From an uncultured delta proteobacterium (GTDB lineage: Bacteria; Desulfobacterota; Zymogenia; Zymogenales; Zymogenaceae): a DNA stretch of 64,000 bases. The translations under genes and the position numbers were made by a program. The notes under the pieces are model-generated. The model had not been told where the DNA came from, ran no database searches, and worked only from the letters and a program-made list of their open reading frames with translations. This document shows, in pieces, positions 44,976 through 55,727 of this stretch. The stretch covers positions 1 through 64,000 of the forward strand of contig CAWBYW010000010.1 of NCBI GenBank assembly GCA_963792965.1, read 5' to 3'. The first letter of the stretch is position 1. Each line of letters starts with the position of its first letter.

Positions 44976-46019
44976 ATGAAACAGATGCTGAGATTATTAC
45001 TGGTGGTCGCCCTGGCGACAGGCCTCGCGACGGCTGCCTTTGCCGCCGAGACCGAGCTTCTCGGCGCGGGGGCTACGTTCCCCCAGCCCCTCTACACGAA
45101 GATGTTTGACGTTTACCACAACCAGTTCAAGGTGAAAGTCAACTATCAGGGCGTGGGGTCCGGGGCGGGGATCGAACAGCTCACAAAGAAGACCGTGGAT
45201 TTTGGCGCCACCGACTCACCGATGAAGGACTCGGAACTGGCCAAGGCGCCGGCCCCGATCGTGCACGTTCCCATCGCCATGGGAGCCGTGGTGCTGACCT
45301 ATAACCTGCCGGGCAATCCCCAGATCAGGCTTTCCCACACGGTGCTGGCGGACATCTTCCTGGGCACGATCAAGAAATGGAACGACAAGGCGATCGCCGG
45401 CCTCAACCCGGGCGTGAAGCTCCCGAATCTGCCGATCACCGTCGTCCACAGGTCTGACGGCAGCGGCACGACCTCGATCTTCACCGACTACCTCTCGAAG
45501 GTCAGCCCCGAGTGGAAGGAAAAAGTCGGGGCCGGCAAAGAGGTCAGCTGGCCCACCGGGCTTGGCGCCAAGGGGAATCCCGGCGTGGCCGGACAGGTAC
45601 AGAACCTCTCCGGGAGCATCGGATACGTCGAGCTGATTTACGCCCTGGCCAATACCATGCCCGTGGCAACGATCGAGAACAAAAGCGGTAAGTATATTGT
45701 ACCCTCGCTTGAGTCTACGAAGGTTTCCGGGGAAGTCGCCATACCGGACGATACGCGGGTATCCTTGACCGATACCGACGCGGCGGAAGGCTATCCGATC
45801 ACGGGCCTGACCTGGATCATCCTCTATAAAGAGCAGAACTACGACGGAAGAGGAATGGATAAGGCGAAGGCGCTGGTAGATCTCGTCTGGTGGATGACCC
45901 ACGAGGGACAGAAGAACTGCGAGCCGCTCAAGTACGCCCCGATTCCAGCACCGGCGGTGGAAAAAGCGGAGAAGATCATCAAGTCGATCACCTACGGCGG
46001 AAAGCCGATCAAAAAGTAA
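44976..46019 (+). CDS. pstS: phosphate ABC transporter substrate-binding protein PstS
   Basis: Signal peptide, GAGATFP, YQGVGSGAG, DFGATD, HRSDGSGTT, IGYVE. Confidence 0.96.
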   Translation: MKQMLRLLLVVALATGLATAAFAAETELLGAGATFPQPLYTKMFDVYHNQFKVKVNYQGVGSGAGIEQLTKKTVDFGATDSPMKDSELAKAPAPIVHVPIAMGAVVLTYNLPGNPQIRLSHTVLADIFLGTIKKWNDKAIAGLNPGVKLPNLPITVVHRSDGSGTTSIFTDYLSKVSPEWKEKVGAGKEVSWPTGLGAKGNPGVAGQVQNLSGSIGYVELIYALANTMPVATIENKSGKYIVPSLESTKVSGEVAIPDDTRVSLTDTDAAEGYPITGLTWIILYKEQNYDGRGMDKAKALVDLVWWMTHEGQKNCEPLKYAPIPAPAVEKAEKIIKSITYGGKPIKK

Positions 46020-46028
46020 CCGATTTTG

Positions 46029-46061
46029 CGGGTGAGGGGAATCCCCCTCACCCGTCGTTTT
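46029..46061 (+). terminator. rho-independent terminator after pstS
   Basis: CGGGTGAGGGG-AATC-CCCCTCACCCG then TCGTTTT. Confidence 0.7.
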
Positions 46062-46158
46062 CTATCACATATATATGGGATTCATTATTCGTCGTAAATG
46101 ACATTGTCCTTATCGACGGTCGATAAGGGTTTGTAGCATAAAACTTTGGAGGTAGTCA

Positions 46159-47700
46159 ATGAAACGATCTATTTTTATTACCCTTGCCCTGCTGGTCGTC
46201 CTGGCCCCGCTGGGCGTCTGCTTTGCCGCGGAGACGACCTTCACGGGTGAGTACCAGGTAAGGGCTTTTACCGAGTGGAACTTCGACAAGCAAGCCGGTT
46301 TCGGCCCGACGCAGGACAAACGTGCCCAGTACGACGGCTGGTTCGATCAGCGGTTCCGCCTCACGATCACCCACACGCGCAATGAGTACCTCAAGGCGGT
46401 CATCCGTATCGATCTCATCGAGGACACCTGGGGGCAGCAGAGGAACTTCAGGATCAACAACAGCACCAACGGAAGCTCATCGATCAGGCGTATCTTGAGT
46501 TCACGGTCAACCCGATCGGAAAGTTCAGGGCCGGCAAGATGCCCGTGAGCTACGGCCAGGGGCTGATCCTCTCCCGCATCGGGCCGGCGCCGGTCCGGCA
46601 CCGGACGGCGTCGAATGGTCCAATAAGTGGGGCCCGATAGGGCGTTATCCTCAACTATCTGAAGATGAGGGATTCGGTGGCGACTCGATGCATTCTCCGC
46701 CGCGGCGCGGCCGGACCGAACAGCAGTGAGTACAACTGGGACTCCAATTTCTTTGCCCTCAATCTGAAGTACGCTCCCAACGCGACAGCACCTCATCGAG
46801 GCCTACGGCGGCGCCATAACGTCGGATTTCGGCTGGCCCATGTATTCGTGGTTCGAGCGCAGGCTCGCGGACACGAAGCTGAGCGGCACTCAGACCAATC
46901 TCGATTTCGTGAGCTATACCGCGGGCTTCGCGGGGGTTGCCTACACCGGCAACATCAACAAGATGATCGACCTCAAGGCGGAATTCGGATATGTCTTCGG
47001 CAGCATGGACGCCAACGAGTTTAACCGGCCGAAATCGGGCGGAACGCTTCCTGGACGACCCGAGCATTCAGGGGTGGTCGCTCTATCTGGACGCCTCCTA
47101 CTACAACGACCTGATGCGCGTCGGCCTCGCGTTCCTGATGACCTCAGGCGAGAAGCACTTCTGGGGCGACGGCGTCAGAACTCGGGCCGCGTGAAGAACG
47201 ATCAACATGCCCGCGATTATCCAGGAAGGGTTCGGATGGGGCAACGTCATCGGCAATGAGCTGCCCGGCATCAACCATGTGTACGGCGGGCCCGCTCTTC
47301 GGCAAGGGTGAGACGCTCATCGAAAACATCACGTCGGTCAAGCTCTATATTCACCATCACCCCGATGGAAAACCTGACCCTTAACGCCGCCGTCATATGG
47401 GCGAAGTGGACCGACCCCGTCGGATCGGGGCCGAATGTCCTGGCCGAAGGGGCCCGGCTATCCGCATCCCGCCAACTGGTACGGAAACTATCGGAACTGG
47501 AACTCGGCGGAAGGCAAGCACCGACCTCGGTTGGGAAATTGACTTCGGGGCGTCTTACCAGATCCTCGAGGGATTGACCTACACGTTCAAGGCCGGCGTC
47601 CTCTTTCCGGGCGATTCGTGGGACTACATGCAAAACGGTATCCGCCAGAGCTTGGGGGCCGATCTGGTCAGTCCAGAACTACCTGATGTACAAATTTTAG
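46159..47700 (+). CDS. outer-membrane beta-barrel porin (heavily frameshifted)
   Basis: Signal peptide, FTGEYQVRA, WFDQRFRL, later DLGWEIDFGASYQILEGLTY, ending ...YLMYKF* with the C-terminal Phe typical of barrels. Confidence 0.75.
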
Positions 47701-47722
47701 CCTCCATCCTCCCTTTCTTGCG

Positions 47723-47752
47723 GCCCCGGAAATGTACGTTTCCGGGGCTTTT
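47723..47752 (+). terminator. rho-independent terminator
   Basis: GCCCCGGAAA-TGTACG-TTTCCGGGGC-TTTT. Confidence 0.75.
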
Positions 47753-47846
47753 GTCATAATATGATAATGACCGCATCGTGGTATAATAAGAACTTCAGGA
47801 AGGGCACGTCTTTTTGTTAGCTCTACTTTAAGCGTGAGGTTTTACC

Positions 47847-48275
47847 ATGTCGGAAAAAAAGAGAGTATTGTTTGTCTGTATTCATAACAGCGCTCGAAGC
47901 CAGATGGCGGAAGCGTTCCTCAAGAGCATGACAGGCGACGACTTTGAAGTCGAAAGTGCGGGAATCGAACCGGGCCCGCTCAACCCGCTTGCCGTCGAGG
48001 TAATGACGGAACTCGGTCTTGACATCTCCAAGAATGCCACGAAAAGCGTCTTTGACCTCTATAAAGCAGGGAAGCTCTACTCGTACGTGATCACCGTTTG
48101 CGATGAGAGCTCACAACGCTGCCCGATCTTTCCCGGCAACGCGAAGCAGATTAGATGGAGCTTCGACGATCCCTCGATGTTTACCGGCACCCGTGAAGAT
48201 AAACTAAGGAAAACGAGAAAAGTGAGGGATCAGATCAGGGAAAGGGTCGAAGCATGGCTTAAGGAACTTTCATAG
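47847..48275 (+). CDS. arsC: thioredoxin-type arsenate reductase / LMW-PTP family protein
   Basis: [21 protein letters not shown]...CPIFPG, WSFDDP. Confidence 0.88.
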   Translation: MSEKKRVLFVCIHNSARSQMAEAFLKSMTGDDFEVESAGIEPGPLNPLAVEVMTELGLDISKNATKSVFDLYKAGKLYSYVITVCDESSQRCPIFPGNAKQIRWSFDDPSMFTGTREDKLRKTRKVRDQIRERVEAWLKELS

Positions 48276-48564
48276 AGGAGACACAAAATGAAGTAAGGAA
48301 TGTCACAGGAAGCTGTCAGTCATCTCTATACCTCCCCGTGAACCTGACGCCCATATTTCCCTCCGAATCTTCTCGATTATTGTTCCCCTATCCCCCCGCC
48401 AGGTGAAACCGCGATTGTAAAAGCCCGGGTGCCGTGATATGATCGATCAACTACAGGTACTGAAGAATCTCAGGATAGCGGGGGGCTCCTAAAAGGACAC
48501 CCCGCGCGGTTTTAAGCGTGACGATCAGCCGGTAACGGCATATAGGAAATAGCAAAAGGGGCAC

Positions 48565-49375
48565 ATGGATATCCGCATCGGCACGAGCGGCTTTTCCTTT
48601 CCTGACTGGGTGGGGGTGATCTATCCCCCCGGGCTCAACAAACGCGACTGGCTGACCTACTACGAAGAGACGCTCGGCTTTAAGGCGCTCGAGGTCAACT
48701 ATACCTATTATGGGATGCCCTCGGCAAAAACGCTGGGCGCCATGAGCGCAAAGACCTCGGCCGACTTTACCTTCTCGGTTAAGGCGCACGGCTCCATGAC
48801 CCACGAGCTCTGGACGGACAAGACCAGGCGTCAGATGGTGGACAACCACGGGGTCTTCGGGCAGTTCAGGGCGGGGCTCTCCCCGCTTATCGGCGAGGGA
48901 AAGCTCTCGGCGGTGCTGGCCCAGTTTCCCTACTCCTTCCAGAGAAACGGCGAGAATGCCGATTATCTCGGGCGATTCAGGGAGCTTATGGGAGACGTGC
49001 CCACGGTCGTCGAGTTCAGGAATCGCCAGTGGCACGACGAGGACGGCGATGGAGCTTTTGCGCCGCCATGACCTCGGGTACTGCGTGGTGGACGAGCCGA
49101 AGCTGCCGGGCCTCATGCCCTTCTTTCCCGCCGCGACGACCGATTTGGCGTATGTCCGTTTTCACGGGAGGAATCCCAACTGGTTCAGGGCCCCCGCCTC
49201 GGTAAGGTACGATTATCTCTATTCCGAGCAAGAGCTGGCCGAGAAGCTCCCCGCCGTCCTGGCGCTTGCCGGCAAGACGAAAAAGACCCTTGTCTTTTTC
49301 AACAACTGTCATCTCGGCTCGGCGGCCAAAGACGCGCTGAAGCTTGCCCGGATGATCGCCGAACAGGGGCAGTAG
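48565..49375 (+). CDS. DUF72 (YecE-like) protein (frameshift near 49045)
   Basis: IGTSGFSFPDWVG, EVNYTYY, FSVKA, QFP, VEFRN, YVRFHGRN, YDYLYS, FFNN. Confidence 0.9.
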
Positions 49376-49469
49376 GGCCGACGATACGTCCGTAAGTCGG
49401 ACACCGACCGCGGCGTACCTCAAGACGGGGCGGATGGTGTGCCGGATTATTCGATGAGGAAATCGAGAT

Positions 49470-50342
49470 ATGTTCAGCCGAAAAGCGCCCGTGCCCGCCT
49501 TTGACCTTGCCGACTACGGCGATTTCGTCTCCGTAGGCGGCCTGTCCATTCACGTGTGGCAGGGGGGGAAAGAGCACTCCGACTCGGTCCCGGTGATTCT
49601 GGTGCACGGATTTGGGGCCAATAACTGGTGCTGGAGGTTTATGCTCAAGGAACTATCCGCCCGGCACCCGGTATACGCTCCCGATCTCCCGGGGTTTGGG
49701 CTCTCCGATAAGCCTGAAGAGTTTGACTACACGCTTTCGGGCTACGCACGATTCATCGACTCTTTCATGGATGCCGTCGGAATAGAGAGCGCGGTCCTCG
49801 TGGGAAACTCCATGGGTGGGGGGGTGGCAATCACGACGGCGCTGGCCCATCCCGGTCGGGTTAAGAAGCTTGTCCTTATCGATTCGATCGGCTATGATAA
49901 GCGCGGCTCTCGCGTCTATCGCTTCCTCGGCCTGCCGGTGATACGCGACATGATCGCGGAGCTCACCTCACCAGCGATGCTCAGGGTGTTGCTCAAGAGG
50001 CGGGTCTATCATAACCCCTCGGCCGTGACCGAAGAGCTCGTCCGGCGCTTTTTTGTGGCGTATAGGACTAAGAACGGGAAACGGTCGCCGCTTTGGGTCT
50101 ATCAGGGATTTGCCCCCTTCCCGACGATTCCGAAAGAGGAGATCGAAAAGATCGACGTGCCGACTCTCATCGTCTGGGGACAGCACGATAAGATTCTCCC
50201 TGCCGAGCACGCCGGGCGGTTTTCCCAAGACATCGCCTCATCCAGGACGATCATCATCCCCGACGCCGGCCACGTGCCGCACGAGGAGAGGCCCGAGATG
50301 GTCAATCCCTTGATCTCCGATTTCATCGGGGAAGGGGACTAA
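49470..50342 (+). CDS. alpha/beta hydrolase
   Basis: VHGFG, DLPGFGLSD, GNSMGG, WGQHD, AGHVPHEE. Confidence 0.92.
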   Translation: MFSRKAPVPAFDLADYGDFVSVGGLSIHVWQGGKEHSDSVPVILVHGFGANNWCWRFMLKELSARHPVYAPDLPGFGLSDKPEEFDYTLSGYARFIDSFMDAVGIESAVLVGNSMGGGVAITTALAHPGRVKKLVLIDSIGYDKRGSRVYRFLGLPVIRDMIAELTSPAMLRVLLKRRVYHNPSAVTEELVRRFFVAYRTKNGKRSPLWVYQGFAPFPTIPKEEIEKIDVPTLIVWGQHDKILPAEHAGRFSQDIASSRTIIIPDAGHVPHEERPEMVNPLISDFIGEGD

Positions 50343-50452
50343 TCGGCCCGGCTCGGGCACGGGGGGGACCTCTTTTTCCTTGAATATCTCTTTTTGAATA
50401 TGTCATAATAGATTGGCTTAACGTCCCATTTATCAATTTATCGAGGCCGACC

Positions 50453-51388
50453 ATGAAAAAATTTCTCACGATTCTTCTGATCGTCATCGGCATCATTGTC
50501 CTTGGTCTGGGAGCACACTGGGCGGTCTGGGAGCTTAGGGCTCCCGTGCCGAACAAGGACCTTGTCGACTACGGCACCTTCCAAAATATCGACGGGATGC
50601 AGATCCACCTGCAGCACGAGGGGACGGGAACGCCCGTCATCCTCATCCACGGATACACCGGGACGCTCTACACCTGGCGCTTCAACATGCACGAGCTGGC
50701 CAAGGAGTGCTCGGTCTGGTCATTGGATCTGCCCGGCTTCGGCTACAGCGACAAGCCGAAGGATTTTGACTATACCCTTTCCGGGTACGCCGACTTCATG
50801 GTGAAATTCATGGACGCCGTAGGGATCAAAAAGGCCGTGCTCGTCGGCAACTCCATGGGCGGCGGCGTGGCCATGGAGACGTACCTGAAATACCCGGACC
50901 GGGTGGAGAAGCTCGTCCTCATCGATTCGATGGGTTACCCCGGGAAGGAGGGCTTTTTCCTCTTTACCCTCATGAAGTATCCGGTCATCGGGAACGTGTT
51001 GATGTCCTTCAACTATCGCTGGGTGATCAGGGACTCGCTCATGTCGGGCATCTACTATAACAACAAGTTCGTCACCGAAGACGTGGTCGATTCCTACTAC
51101 AACGTCTACAAGACCGAGAACGGCAGGAAGGCGCCGCTCTGGGTTGGGCGGCGTATCGACGACGCAAAAGACCTCAACACCGAGAAGATCAAGACAATCA
51201 AGATACCGACGCTCGTTATCTGGGGGAAGGAGGATACGCTGATTCCCGTCGCGCACGCTGACTACTTCAAGCGGGATATCGCCGGGGCGAAGGTCGTGAT
51301 CGTGCCGGACGCGGGGCACCTGGCCCACGAAGAGCAGGCCGGTCTCGTCAATACATTGATCTCCGATTTTGTAAAAAAGGGAAACTGA
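50453..51388 (+). CDS. alpha/beta hydrolase with N-terminal signal or anchor
   Basis: MKKFLTILLIVIGIIVLGLG, DLPGFGYSD, GNSMGG, WGKED, AGHLAHEE. Confidence 0.92.
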   Translation: MKKFLTILLIVIGIIVLGLGAHWAVWELRAPVPNKDLVDYGTFQNIDGMQIHLQHEGTGTPVILIHGYTGTLYTWRFNMHELAKECSVWSLDLPGFGYSDKPKDFDYTLSGYADFMVKFMDAVGIKKAVLVGNSMGGGVAMETYLKYPDRVEKLVLIDSMGYPGKEGFFLFTLMKYPVIGNVLMSFNYRWVIRDSLMSGIYYNNKFVTEDVVDSYYNVYKTENGRKAPLWVGRRIDDAKDLNTEKIKTIKIPTLVIWGKEDTLIPVAHADYFKRDIAGAKVVIVPDAGHLAHEEQAGLVNTLISDFVKKGN

Positions 51389-51407
51389 TAGAAAACGGGA
51401 GGATACC

Positions 51408-51914
51408 ATGCGGGTTAAAACGCTGAGCCAGGTAGGGATGACGGTCAAGAGCCTCAAGAAGAGCATCGATTTCTACTGGGGACATTTCGGGCTGCCGGTG
51501 ATGGCGGTGGTCGATCTGCCGCCGACCGTCATAAAGGAAATTTACGGTCTTGAAAAAACCAAGGTGAGGATCGCGATGCTTCGATGCGGCTGGGGGAATT
51601 TCATCGAGCTCTTCCAGTTCACGCCCGCCGAGAAGGGGCTGGAGGTCAAGTGGAATCGCCCCGGCATCACGCACCTCGCGCTGGAGGTGGGAAACGTCCA
51701 TAAGGCTTTCAAGGAGCTGACGGCCAAGGGGGTGAAGTTTTTGGCCCCGCCGATGAAGGAGGGCGGAAACACCTTCGCTTTCCTGAAAGACCCCGACGGT
51801 CACCTGGTTGAGCTCACCGACTTGGGCTTCCTCTACTACGTCAACAAGTTTTTAGGCAACGTCGTGGGACGGATCAACATGGCCACGAAGTTCAAGAACA
51901 GGGATAAGATATAA
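51408..51914 (+). CDS. VOC (glyoxalase-like) family protein
   Basis: QVGMTV..LKKSIDFY, IELFQF, GITHLALEV, FLKDPDGHLVEL. Confidence 0.88.
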   Translation: MRVKTLSQVGMTVKSLKKSIDFYWGHFGLPVMAVVDLPPTVIKEIYGLEKTKVRIAMLRCGWGNFIELFQFTPAEKGLEVKWNRPGITHLALEVGNVHKAFKELTAKGVKFLAPPMKEGGNTFAFLKDPDGHLVELTDLGFLYYVNKFLGNVVGRINMATKFKNRDKI

Positions 51915-51921
51915 AACAGCT

Positions 51922-51951
51922 CGGGGGGACCTTTTCTAAGAGGTCCCCCCG
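51922..51951. terminator. hairpin between the convergent VOC and tyrS genes
   Basis: CGGGGGGACCT-N8-AGGTCCCCCCG. Confidence 0.6.
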
Positions 51952-52062
51952 GATATTCCTTCTCAAAACAGTAAACCCTGTCAACCTATACCGCCTCACC
52001 CTTCACCAGGACCTTATCCCGTAGCCGATTTCGTTGGCTCGTGAGCGTCGCCGTGGGACTTC

Positions 52063-53280
52063 CTACTCTCCAAAATTAACTCGCAGGAATTTTCGTTTTC
52101 CCACCTTAACAAGGTGCGCCGACCCGGGAGAAAACGACCGGTTCTCGCCGGACACCTTTTCGCCGTCGATCGTCACGGCGCCCTGGGCGATCATCCGCCG
52201 TGCGTCGGAGGTGGAAGGGGTCAGGCCCAATTCGGTGAACATCTTGGGGAGCCAGATGTCGCCGTCGGACGTGTAGTCCGCCTCGGGGATATCCGTCGGC
52301 GTCTTTCGCTCGGCAAATACGTGCTCAAACTCGCCGCGGGCCTCGCCGGCCTTCTCTTTACCCCAGAACCGGGCCGTCAATTCGAGGGCCAGCTCCTCCT
52401 TGGCCTGTTTTGGATTCTTTCCGCCCGATGCGATATCCGCTTTCAATCGCTTGAAATCCGCCGTCGATATGTCGGAGAGGAGCTCGTAGTAGTTCATCAT
52501 AAGCTCGTCGGAAATGCTCATCACCTTGCCGAATATATCCTTCGGCGGCTCGGTGATCCCGATATAGTTGCCGACCGACTTACTCATCTTCTTGATGCCG
52601 TCGGTGCCCACGAGGATCGGGACCGTGACGACGGTCTGCGGCGGCTGGCCGAAATATTTCTGGAGATCGCGGCCCACCAGCAGATTGAATATCTGATCGG
52701 TCCCCCCCAGCTCGACGTCGGCGTTGAGCGCCACCGAGTCATATCCCTGGACGAGGGGGTAGAGAAACTCGTGGATAGCGATGGGCTGGTTATTGACAAA
52801 ACGGGATTTGAAGTCCTCCCGCTCGAGCATCCGGGCCACCGTCATCTGGGCGGCGATCTCGATAAAGCCGTCGATGCCGAGTTTTTGCATCCAGGTCGAG
52901 TTGAACACGATGACCGTCTCTTTCGGGTCGAGGATCTTAAAGACCTGCTCTTTATAGGTCTCGGCGTTCTTGAGGAGCTGGTCGCGTGTCATCGGCTCGC
53001 GGGTGGACGATCTCCCCGAGGGGTCGCCGATCATGCCGGTGAAGTCGCCGATCAGGAAAACAATCCGGTGGCCCAGCTCCTGAAAATGCTTCATCTTCTG
53101 GATTAACACGGTGTGACCCAGGTGCAGATCGGGGGCCGTCGGGTCAAAACCGGTCTTGATGGTGAGGGGTTTCTTTTCCTTGATTGACCGATTGATTTTC
53201 TTTTCGAGCTCGTCGGTCGTGATAATCTCCACGGCGCCCCGACCGATGAGGTCCATCTGTTCGTTCAGGCTCGCGCTCAT
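52063..53280 (-). CDS. tyrS: tyrosine--tRNA ligase
   Basis: [13 protein letters not shown] (HIGH), [14 protein letters not shown]-terminal S4 domain. Confidence 0.98.
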   Translation of the reverse strand: MSASLNEQMDLIGRGAVEIITTDELEKKINRSIKEKKPLTIKTGFDPTAPDLHLGHTVLIQKMKHFQELGHRIVFLIGDFTGMIGDPSGRSSTREPMTRDQLLKNAETYKEQVFKILDPKETVIVFNSTWMQKLGIDGFIEIAAQMTVARMLEREDFKSRFVNNQPIAIHEFLYPLVQGYDSVALNADVELGGTDQIFNLLVGRDLQKYFGQPPQTVVTVPILVGTDGIKKMSKSVGNYIGITEPPKDIFGKVMSISDELMMNYYELLSDISTADFKRLKADIASGGKNPKQAKEELALELTARFWGKEKAGEARGEFEHVFAERKTPTDIPEADYTSDGDIWLPKMFTELGLTPSTSDARRMIAQGAVTIDGEKVSGENRSFSPGSAHLVKVGKRKFLRVNFGE

Positions 53281-54098
53281 GATTTCCCTTCCTCGTACTT
53301 CTCCTTAAACCTCTGGATTTCCCGTGATTTCCCGGTCTTCTTATCGACGGCGATGAACACTCCCTGTGCCTCGACATCCTTTTTTGCGGTCTCAAACCGT
53401 TCGGGCATCGAGGTCAGGAAGCGAGATATAGCCCGTTCTTTTTTCACACCGATGACCGAGTCCGTGGGGCCGGTCATGCCGGCGTCGGTGACAAACGCCG
53501 TCCCGCCCGGGAGGATGCGCTCATCGGCGGTCTGGATGTGGGTGTGGGTGCCGATGACGGCGCTCACCGACCCGTCAAGAAAGCAGGCCAACGCCTGCTT
53601 TTCCCTGGTCTCCTCGCCGTGAAAGTCGACGATGATCATGGGCGACTTTCCGGCAAGCTCAGCTGCCGCCTCCTTTCCCCGGGCAAAGGGATCGTCTGCA
53701 AGCCCCATGAAGACCCGGCCGATGAGGTTGACGACCGAGACCATGGTACCGTCCCTCGTGCTGATCGTGACGGTGCCTTCCCCCGGGACGCCCTTCGGGA
53801 AGTTGTCGGGCCGAATGAGCCGGGGAGTCTTCTCGATATATTCAAAGATCTCCCGCTTGTCCCACACATGGTTGCCGGTGGTGATAATGTCGGCGCCGGC
53901 CTCAAAGAGCTCCCGGGCGGTCTCGGCGGTGATCCCGAAGCCGCCGGCCGCATTCTCACCGTTCACGATGACGAGGTCCGCACTAAATTGGTCCACGAGC
54001 CGGGGCAGAGAATATTTCAGGGCGCGCCGGCCCGGTTTTCCGACGATATCGCCGAAAAAGAGGATACGCGTAACCTTACTCTCCCCGTGCATGAACAT
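53277..54098 (-). CDS. ymdB: YmdB-like (TIGR00282) metallophosphoesterase
   Basis: [41 protein letters not shown]. Confidence 0.93.
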   Translation of the reverse strand: MFMHGESKVTRILFFGDIVGKPGRRALKYSLPRLVDQFSADLVIVNGENAAGGFGITAETARELFEAGADIITTGNHVWDKREIFEYIEKTPRLIRPDNFPKGVPGEGTVTISTRDGTMVSVVNLIGRVFMGLADDPFARGKEAAAELAGKSPMIIVDFHGEETREKQALACFLDGSVSAVIGTHTHIQTADERILPGGTAFVTDAGMTGPTDSVIGVKKERAISRFLTSMPERFETAKKDVEAQGVFIAVDKKTGKSREIQRFKEKYEEGKS

Positions 54099-54140
54099 CG
54101 CGGCAGACCCCGTTTGAAACGCGCCGGCATATGTGCCGGG

Positions 54141-55706
54141 CTACTTCGCGAACTCGATGGCCCTTGTCTCCCGTATGACGGTGACCTTGATCTGGCCGGG
54201 ATAGGTAAGCTCCTGCTCGATCTTCTTGGCGATGTCCTTTGAGAGGAGCAGCGAATCCTCGTCGGAAATCTGCTCGCTTGAGACGATGATGCGAAGCTCC
54301 CGCCCCGCCTGGATGGCGTAGGTCTTGGCGATGCCCGTGAAAGAACGGGTTACTCTTTCAAGCTCGTCTAACCGCTTGACATAGGTCTCCAGCATCTCCT
54401 TTCGCGCGCCGGGACGAGCGGCCGACAGCGTATCGGCGGCCTGGATAAGAACCGCCAGCACCGAATCGGGCTTTTCATCGTTGTGGTGTGCGGAGATCGC
54501 GTGGATGACCCGGGGCGATTCGCCGTAACGTCGGGCGAGGTCCGAGCCGATGAGGGCATGGGGGCCCTCCACCTCGTGATCGACGGCCTTGCCGATATCA
54601 TGGAGCAGCCCCGCACGCTTGGCCTGCTTTATGTTGAGCTTGAGCTCCGCCGCCATGGTTCCCGTGAGGAAGGCGACCTCCAGCGAGTGCTGATAGACGT
54701 TCTGGGCAAAACTCGTGCGGTACTTAAGCCGCCCGATGAGCTTGACCAGCTCCGGGTGCAGGCCGTGGAGCCCGAGGTCGAAACACGCCTGCTCGCCCGC
54801 GTCCCGGATGGTATTCTCGATCTCTTCGCCGACTTTGGCGACCATCTCCTCGATCCTGGCGGGGTGGATCCTTCCGTCGGACATGAGCCGCTCCAGCGAT
54901 ATTCGCGCGACCTCGCGGCGAATCGGGTTATGGGAGGAGAGGATGACCGCCTCCGGCGTGTCGTCTATGACGAGATCGACCCCGGTGGCCGCCTCGATGG
55001 CACGGATGTTTCTCCCCTCGCGGCCGATGATCCTTCCCTTCATCTCTTCGTTGGGAAGATTGACGATGGAGACGGTCCGCTCGGTCACATATTCCCCTGC
55101 GTATCGCTGCACGGCCGTCGAGATGATCTCGATCGATTTCTTGTCCGCGTTCTCGCGCGTCTCCTCCTCGATCCTCCGGAGGGTCTTTGCCGCCTCGTGG
55201 CGGGCGTCGTCCTCGATGAGCTTGATGAGCTCGTCCCTGGCGGCGTCTCGAGTTATGCCGCTGACCCTTTCAAGGGTCTTCATCTGTTCCTCGACGAGCT
55301 CCTTGTACTTGAGCTCCTTTTCTTCCACCGCCTTCGCCTGGGCGGCCAGGCTCTTGTCCTTCTTGGAGAGGTCCGACTCCTTTTGCTCGATCTGCTCCAT
55401 TTTTCTCTCGATGTTCTCTTCTTTCTGAAGGAGCCGCTTTTCCTGGACGGCGAAACTGTTCTTCTTCTCCTTCGTTTCCCGCTCGAAGTCACTCTTCAGC
55501 TGATAGAGGGTGTCCTTGGCCGAAAGTGATGCTTCCTTCTTAATGGAGTCGGCCTGGCGATGGGCGTCCTCGATAATCTTGGCGGAGGTCTCCCGCGCCG
55601 CCTCGATCTTCTTTTTTGCCCAGAACATTCTCAGCACGTAACCCGTCAACAGTCCCAGCGCAATGCCGGCGATGACCGATGTGATGATTTGGATCAACAA
55701 TTTCAT
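54141..55706 (-). CDS. rny: ribonuclease Y
   Basis: N-terminal TM, coiled coil, KH (KGRIIGREGRNIR), HD (LLHDIGK), SAARPGAR. Confidence 0.98.
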   Translation of the reverse strand: MKLLIQIITSVIAGIALGLLTGYVLRMFWAKKKIEAARETSAKIIEDAHRQADSIKKEASLSAKDTLYQLKSDFERETKEKKNSFAVQEKRLLQKEENIERKMEQIEQKESDLSKKDKSLAAQAKAVEEKELKYKELVEEQMKTLERVSGITRDAARDELIKLIEDDARHEAAKTLRRIEEETRENADKKSIEIISTAVQRYAGEYVTERTVSIVNLPNEEMKGRIIGREGRNIRAIEAATGVDLVIDDTPEAVILSSHNPIRREVARISLERLMSDGRIHPARIEEMVAKVGEEIENTIRDAGEQACFDLGLHGLHPELVKLIGRLKYRTSFAQNVYQHSLEVAFLTGTMAAELKLNIKQAKRAGLLHDIGKAVDHEVEGPHALIGSDLARRYGESPRVIHAISAHHNDEKPDSVLAVLIQAADTLSAARPGARKEMLETYVKRLDELERVTRSFTGIAKTYAIQAGRELRIIVSSEQISDEDSLLLSKDIAKKIEQELTYPGQIKVTVIRETRAIEFAK

Positions 55707-55727
55707 ACCTCCTTTTTCGGGGGCTCC

